Shown piece by piece: positions 59,190-64,000 of a stretch of 64,000 bases of DNA. The notes below the pieces were generated by a model. The model saw nothing but the letters and a program-made list of their open reading frames with translations. It was not told the DNA's origin and ran no database searches. The stretch is taken from NCBI GenBank assembly GCA_963612925.1, contig CAVDXG010000004.1, positions 1,084 through 65,083 of the forward strand, read 5' to 3'. Numbering within the stretch: the first letter of the stretch is position 1; each line of letters opens with the position of its first letter. The position numbers were made by a program, and so were the translations under genes. This DNA comes from Coriobacteriaceae bacterium. GTDB lineage: Bacteria; Bacillota_I; Bacilli_A; RFN20; CAG-826.

Positions 59190-59215
59190 GGCTCACGCTT
59201 CGGCGTGGGCCTTTT
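59190..59215 (+). terminator. Rho-independent terminator after the ABC/nuclease operon
   Basis: A 9-bp stem GGCTCACGC / GCGTGGGCC with a TTCG tetraloop, followed by TTTT. Confidence 0.9.
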
Positions 59216-59372
59216 ATTATGGTTCTACGAAATCTATCGCGGACAATACATTCTTATTGATGGTTATAATGATGTTAAGAGCGAAGAAAAATATCAATTT
59301 TATTGTTTAGTCTCACCTTCGTTTTTCTCGTTGCAAGAAAAGATACTTTAGTATATATTTAATAAGTGCTCT

Positions 59373-59448
59373 GCACCATTAGCTCAGCTGGTAGAGCAAC
59401 TGACTCTTAATCAGTGGGTCACAGGTTCGATCCCTGCATGGTGTACCA
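59373..59448 (+). tRNA. tRNA-Lys (anticodon CUU), CCA encoded
   Basis: Manual cloverleaf: acceptor GCACCAT/ATGGTGT, D arm GCTC-AGCTGGTA-GAGC, anticodon arm ACTGA-CTCTTAA-TCAGT, T arm ACAGG-TTCGATC-CCTGC, then ACCA. It closely parallels Bacillus tRNA-Lys. Confidence 0.9.
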
Positions 59449-59460
59449 ACTAAAAGTTAG

Positions 59461-59483
59461 CCACAGCGATGTGGTTTTCTTTT
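59461..59483 (+). terminator. Weak terminator after tRNA-Lys
   Basis: CCACA, loop GCGA, TGTGG, followed by TTTTCTTTT. Confidence 0.45.
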
Positions 59484-59562
59484 ATGTAATCGCTTTTATG
59501 GATTTATTAATCAATTTCAATTAGTTGAAAACAATCGCGATGCTATAATTTGCTCGTCAATT

Positions 59563-60075
59563 ATGAGAACATTTATTCTTCTTTCCGCCGTTCCGGGCGC
59601 CGGAAAATCCACTTGGGCGGAGCAATATCGCTTAACTCATCGACATGTTTTTGTCGTTTCTAGCGATGAGCTCAGAAAAGAATTGACTGGCGTTTATCAA
59701 AACTTCGAACACGAAAAAGAGATGTGGGATTTGTTTTTAAAACGCATTAATGAATATGGCGCAAAATATGAAGATTCCACAGTTATCGCTGATGCGACTA
59801 ATTTAGAGAATAAATTTAGAAGTTTTTATGCCGATAATACAGTCGGTTTCGATCGCAAGATACTTGTGGTCATTAAAAAGCCATATGATGTTGTACTTAG
59901 ACAAAACAAACAAAGAAATGAAAATAAGATTGTTCCTGAAGATGTCATTGAAAGAATGTGGAGGACTTTTGAAGAGCCTACACAAGAAGTCATCGATAAA
60001 TATGATGAATACATCGTCATCTATAAATGGTTTAATTCTAGCAAGGTAAAAGAATCGTTCCATTATAAGCCTTAA
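59563..60075 (+). CDS. P-loop kinase (AAA_33 / polynucleotide-kinase-like ATP-binding protein)
   Basis: 170 aa with Walker A SAVPGAGKST at the extreme N-terminus. Its small size is typical of PNK-like or gluconate-kinase-like P-loop kinases. Confidence 0.7.
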   Translation: MRTFILLSAVPGAGKSTWAEQYRLTHRHVFVVSSDELRKELTGVYQNFEHEKEMWDLFLKRINEYGAKYEDSTVIADATNLENKFRSFYADNTVGFDRKILVVIKKPYDVVLRQNKQRNENKIVPEDVIERMWRTFEEPTQEVIDKYDEYIVIYKWFNSSKVKESFHYKP

Positions 60076-60099
60076 TTATTTGCTATAATAAAGTCATCT

Positions 60100-60507
60100 A
60101 TGAACAAGACCTTAGCAAAAAAATATCTTTCAAGTATCAAAAATTACAAAAAGAAATATTTAACAAGCGAAACATTATCTCGAATTAATGGCATTTATCC
60201 AGAGATTATTTCTAGTGAATTAAGTTATTTTGAACCGATGCTTGCGATGGATCCTTCCTACAATTTAAAAGACTTAATTCCTCAAATCGAAGATTACATT
60301 GCTTCTTTAGAAGCTAGCAAAGAAAAAGTTAAGCATTTTGAAGCTAAAAAAGAGAGCAAAAAATATAATGGAGTAACCGATTTTGTCTATAAAAAGATGA
60401 CCGTGGTTAATGGCTTAGTTGATAAGTCAATTGTTCTTAGCGATGAGGATTTAAAAGTTCTAAGAAAATTAGTTAACGAAGAATTAGCCAATCGAAAAAA
60501 GAAATAA
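60100..60507 (+). CDS. Small protein with a Rex-N-terminal-like winged-helix region and a Lys/Glu-rich C-terminus
   Basis: 135 aa. YLTSETLSRINGIYPEIISSELSYFEPML..PSYNLKDLI resembles the Rex DNA-binding N-domain (R.SS.ELS...G....IR.DFSYFG..G..GYGYNV..L). No Rossmann domain is present. Confidence 0.5.
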   Translation: MNKTLAKKYLSSIKNYKKKYLTSETLSRINGIYPEIISSELSYFEPMLAMDPSYNLKDLIPQIEDYIASLEASKEKVKHFEAKKESKKYNGVTDFVYKKMTVVNGLVDKSIVLSDEDLKVLRKLVNEELANRKKK

Positions 60508-60528
60508 TTGTAAAAACTTAGTCTATGT

Positions 60529-60554
60529 AATCGGTTTCAAAGCCGATTTTTTTA
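60529..60554 (+). terminator. Probable terminator upstream of PFOR
   Basis: AATCGG, loop, CCGATT, followed by TTTTTT. Confidence 0.55.
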
Positions 60555-60615
60555 TTGAATAGACATATTGCTAAATTTATAATTTAAGTAATCTTTTTTA
60601 TAGGAGTTTACTTTA

Positions 60616-63600
60616 ATGAATAGTAAAAAAACATTTCTCTCTGTTGATGGAAATACTGCTGCAGCGATTGGCAGTTATTATTTCACTGAAATCGCCGGCA
60701 TTTATCCAATCACCCCAAGTTCCCCGATGGCGGAATTAGTTGATGTTTATGCCTCTCAAGGCAAAAAGAATTTCTTCAACACTCCTGTCAAAGTTGTGGA
60801 AATGCAATCTGAAGCTGGCGCATCTGGTACTGTCCATGGTGCTCTTCAAGCTGGTGCTTTAGCTACCACTTATACAGCATCGCAAGGTTTATTGCTCATG
60901 ATTCCAAACCTTTATAAGTGGTGTGGCGAACTTCTCCCGGCGGTCTTACATGTCTCCGCGCGAAGCTTAGCTACTCGTTCACTTTCAATTTTTGGCGATC
61001 ATCAAGACATTTATGCTTGCCGACAAACGGGTGCGACAATGATCTGCGCCCACTCGGTGCAAGAAGTTGCTGACTTAGCTCCAATTGCTCACTTAATCGC
61101 GATTGAATCTAGCACTCCTGTTCTACATTTCTTTGATGGTTTTAGAACATCACATGAAATTCAAAATGTCGAATTTGTTGATGCTGAAGTTTATCGAAAA
61201 ATGCTTCCAATGGATAAAGTGGAAGAATTTAGAGCTCGAGCTTTAAATCCTCACACTCATCCAGTTACTCGTGGAGGAGCTGAAAACGATGATATTTACT
61301 TCCAAGGTCGTGAAGCTCAAAACGCTCATTATGATAAGGTCGTTGAAATTGCTGATAAATATTTCAAGAAAGCAAGCAAGATTACTGGAAGAAAATACGC
61401 ACCATTTGTCTATTATGGCGATCCAAAAGCTAAATTTGTCATCGTGGCGATGGGTTCAGTCACTGAAACTACTGAAGAAGTTATCGATGAACTCACTAAA
61501 CACGGTCGTTCAGTTGGCTTAGTTAAAGTTCATCTATATCGTCCATTCGCACCTAGCTATTTATCTAAAGTTTTACCGCGAAGTGTTAAACGCGTGGCAG
61601 TTTTAGATAGAACTAAAGAAATGGGGGCAACTGGAGAACCTTTATATCTAGACGTTGTTGCTGCTCTTAAACAAGTTGGCCGTAAAAATATTGAAGTCTA
61701 TGGAGGCCGTTATGGCTTATCTAGCAAAGACACTCAGCCAAAACACATCAAAGCAGTTTACGATTTCTTAGAAAAAGAACCATTCCACAATTTCACTGTC
61801 AGCATTGATGATGATGTCACACATCGTTCCATTCCAGTCGATGATTCCTTCCATGTTAAAGCAGATTACACCTCTTGCTTATTCTATGGTTTAGGATCTG
61901 ATGGAACTGTCAGCGCGAATAAATCTTCAATTAAGATTATCGGCGATGCCACTCATCAATATGCTCAAGCTTATTTCCAATATGACTCAAGAAAAGCTGG
62001 AGGCGTCACTCGTTCGCACCTTCGTTTTGGCCATTCTCCGATTAGATCAACATATTATGTCGAGAATGCGGACTTTATTTCCTGCTCGCTTGATACTTAT
62101 GTCTTAAAATTTGACATGCTTAAGAATTTAAAAGATGGCGGTACATTCTTGCTTAACACTGATATGAGCGATGAACAATTAAAAGCATCTCTTCCAAATC
62201 GTGTTAAATATCAATTAGCTAGCAAACATCTTAAATTCTATGTCATCGACGCGAATAAAATTGCTTCTGAAATTGGTATGGGTCGACACACCAACACCAT
62301 TCTTCAAGCCTCATTCTTCTATCTAAATCAAAACATTATGCCTTACAGCGAAGCTAATGAATGGATGAAGAAATTTGCTAAGAAGACTTATAGCAAAAAA
62401 GGCGAAGAAGTTGTCCAACTTAACTACAAAGCAATCGACGCCGGAACTGAAGGCTTAAGAGAAGTCAAAGTTGATCCTGAATGGGCTAAACTTCCTCACT
62501 TAAGAGTTCGCGAAAATAGCGGTGATGAATATTTTGATAGCTATGTCAATGTTATAGGTACGCTTGATGGTGATACTCTTCCTGTCTCTAAATTCACTGA
62601 ATTTGAATTGCTCGACGGCACGATGAATAATGACATCACCTTCAAAGAGAAGCGTTCAATCGCCGACAGAGTTCCTGTTTGGAATAGCGCTGACTGCATT
62701 CAATGCAATAACTGCGCCTTTGTTTGCCCTCACGCCACGATTAGACCATTCTTACTCAACGATGAAGAACTTAAAAGCGCTCCTGAAATTGTTAAAAAAG
62801 ATGTCTTACCAGCGATGGGCGTTCCAAATTTAAAATATCGTTTACAAGTTTCACCTGAAAACTGTGTCGGATGCTCACTTTGTGTCACCGAATGTAACGC
62901 CAATAAGATTGGCAAGAAAGCTCTTTACATGGCTGAAGCTAAATCGCAATTTGCTCAAGAAGAAGGCGCGGATTATTTATATAAACACGTCTCTTATAAA
63001 GCAGATGCTCTTCCAGTAGCCTTACAAAGTTCAGTTAAAGGCGTTGGCTTCTTAATGCCTTATATGGAAATCAGTGGTGCCTGCGCTGGATGTGGAGAAA
63101 CTCCATATTATCGACTTGTCAGTCAATTATTTGGCAAAGATATGCTCGTTGCTAACGCTACCGGATGTTCTTCAATTTATTCCGGCTCAACTCCATTAAC
63201 TCCATTCTGCACTGATAAAAATGGTGAAGGTGTGGCTTGGGCTAACTCATTATTTGAAGATAATGCCGAATTTGGCTATGGTATGCGTGCAGCGACTGAT
63301 TATCGCTTAGGACAAATTGCTTCCATCTTTGAAGCAGCGCTTAAACGACGTGGAGTTGAAAAAGAACTTAAAGATGTCATTAAAACTTACTTAGCTAACA
63401 TTAAAAACAAACAAGAAGTGAGAAAATTATTGCCTCATCTTGTTGAATTAGTTAAAGCTAGCAAAGATAAACAAATTAAAGAAGTCTTAGCTTATGAACG
63501 CGATTTACTCGACAAATCAGTTTGGATTATCGGCGGAGATGGCTGGAGCTATGATATCGGTTACGGCGGACTTGATCATGTTATCGCTAACGACCAAGAT

Positions 63601-64000
63601 GTTAATATTCTTGTGCTTGATACTGAAGTTTATTCCAATACCGGTGGTCAATCTTCTAAATCTTCACAAACTGGTTCCATCGCTAAATTTACTGCCTCTG
63701 GAAAGACTGGCGAAAAGAAGAACTTAGCCCTTATCGCGATGAGCTATGGTCATGTCTATGTTGCTCAAATCTCTTTAGGTGCTAATCCTGCTAAAGCAAT
63801 TCAAGCTCTTAAAGAAGCTGAAAGCTATGATGGGCCTTCCTTAATCATCTGCTATTCACCATGCGCAAACCATGGTATCAAAGGCGGACTTTCCAACTCC
63901 ATGAAAGTTGAGAAGAAAGCGGTTGAATGTGGCTACTTTGTCCCATTTAGATATGATCCAAGAAATCTTGAAAAAGGATTGCCAGCCTTAACTCTTGACG
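60616..64000 (+). CDS. nifJ: Pyruvate:ferredoxin (flavodoxin) oxidoreductase, 3' end outside the window
   Basis: Hand-translated from ATG 60616, which follows TAGGAG. MNSKKTFLSVDGNTAAAIGSYYFTEIAGIYPITPSSPMAE...; ferredoxin domain WNSADCIQCNNCAFVCPHATIRP near 62680; TPP domain GGDGWSYDIGYGGLDH near 63535. The frame stays open to base 64000, so it is absent from the ORF track. Confidence 0.95.
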   Translation, partial: MNSKKTFLSVDGNTAAAIGSYYFTEIAGIYPITPSSPMAELVDVYASQGKKNFFNTPVKVVEMQSEAGASGTVHGALQAGALATTYTASQGLLLMIPNLYKWCGELLPAVLHVSARSLATRSLSIFGDHQDIYACRQTGATMICAHSVQEVADLAPIAHLIAIESSTPVLHFFDGFRTSHEIQNVEFVDAEVYRKMLPMDKVEEFRARALNPHTHPVTRGGAENDDIYFQGREAQNAHYDKVVEIADKYFKKASKITGRKYAPFVYYGDPKAKFVIVAMGSVTETTEEVIDELTKHGRSVGLVKVHLYRPFAPSYLSKVLPRSVKRVAVLDRTKEMGATGEPLYLDVVAALKQVGRKNIEVYGGRYGLSSKDTQPKHIKAVYDFLEKEPFHNFTVSIDDDVTHRSIPVDDSFHVKADYTSCLFYGLGSDGTVSANKSSIKIIGDATHQYAQAYFQYDSRKAGGVTRSHLRFGHSPIRSTYYVENADFISCSLDTYVLKFDMLKNLKDGGTFLLNTDMSDEQLKASLPNRVKYQLASKHLKFYVIDANKIASEIGMGRHTNTILQASFFYLNQNIMPYSEANEWMKKFAKKTYSKKGEEVVQLNYKAIDAGTEGLREVKVDPEWAKLPHLRVRENSGDEYFDSYVNVIGTLDGDTLPVSKFTEFELLDGTMNNDITFKEKRSIADRVPVWNSADCIQCNNCAFVCPHATIRPFLLNDEELKSAPEIVKKDVLPAMGVPNLKYRLQVSPENCVGCSLCVTECNANKIGKKALYMAEAKSQFAQEEGADYLYKHVSYKADALPVALQSSVKGVGFLMPYMEISGACAGCGETPYYRLVSQLFGKDMLVANATGCSSIYSGSTPLTPFCTDKNGEGVAWANSLFEDNAEFGYGMRAATDYRLGQIASIFEAALKRRGVEKELKDVIKTYLANIKNKQEVRKLLPHLVELVKASKDKQIKEVLAYERDLLDKSVWIIGGDGWSYDIGYGGLDHVIANDQDVNILVLDTEVYSNTGGQSSKSSQTGSIAKFTASGKTGEKKNLALIAMSYGHVYVAQISLGANPAKAIQALKEAESYDGPSLIICYSPCANHGIKGGLSNSMKVEKKAVECGYFVPFRYDPRNLEKGLPALTLD

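Noticed and set aside
59563-60507. The P-loop kinase plus a small downstream protein read as a toxin-antitoxin or defence pair.
   Set aside because: The genes are separated by 24 nt but show no recognisable toxin or antitoxin motif. The kinase resembles housekeeping PNK/AAA_33 kinases, and the small protein resembles a Rex-type wHTH. The evidence is insufficient for a TA call.
1-64000. A search by eye for CRISPR arrays, IS elements or transposases, integrases, phage genes, restriction-modification systems or known defence-system signatures.
   Set aside because: I found no regularly spaced direct repeats, no transposase, integrase or recombinase-like ORF, and no nuclease, helicase or ATPase pairs typical of defence islands. 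The nucleases present carry signal peptides or lipoboxes, so they are extracellular.

Overview
This is a 64-kb window from a low-GC chromosome that uses the standard genetic code. TGA acts as a stop, for example at the serC and mocA ends. The gene content looks like a Mollicutes-, Acholeplasma- or Erysipelotrichia-like Bacillota. Supporting signs are many lipoproteins, an MG187-type ABC ATPase with a large insertion, SNase lipoproteins and PFOR. About 55 genes are present and nearly all are on the + strand.

Layout:
- 1-3772: gdhA 3' end, then DUF1015-serC-serA.
- 3826-21040: arcC, divergent from a tightly overlapping 15-gene operon. The operon holds mocA, two xanthine-dehydrogenase-family Mo-hydroxylase sets, hyuA, ssnA, a preA-like reductase, two PLP enzymes, ygeY and ygeW. 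This is the selenium-dependent molybdenum hydroxylase / anaerobic purine-urate catabolism gene neighbourhood, in a non-canonical composition. It is the most interesting system in the window.
- 21116-27425: sdaA-cysS-rlmB-sigH-mrp, two gene remnants, then rpmG-secE-nusG.
- 27472-33201: a roughly 6-kb accessory insertion (surface endonuclease I, SDR, Cd/Zn P-type ATPase). It splits nusG from rplK.
- 33673-48456: rplKAJL, a methyltransferase, rpoBC, rpsLG, fusA and tuf.
- 48544-50941: two tandem RDD-family membrane paralogs.
- 51101-59171: a six-gene ABC importer plus SNase-lipoprotein operon, which I read as likely nucleic-acid scavenging.
- 59373-64000: tRNA-Lys(CUU), a P-loop kinase, a Rex-N-like small protein and a 3'-truncated PFOR.

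Two real genes are missing from the supplied ORF track: rpmG (48 aa, below the length cut-off) and nifJ/PFOR (open at the window end). I saw no CRISPR array, IS element, integrase, prophage or recognisable defence system. All homology calls come from reading motifs by eye, not from database searches.
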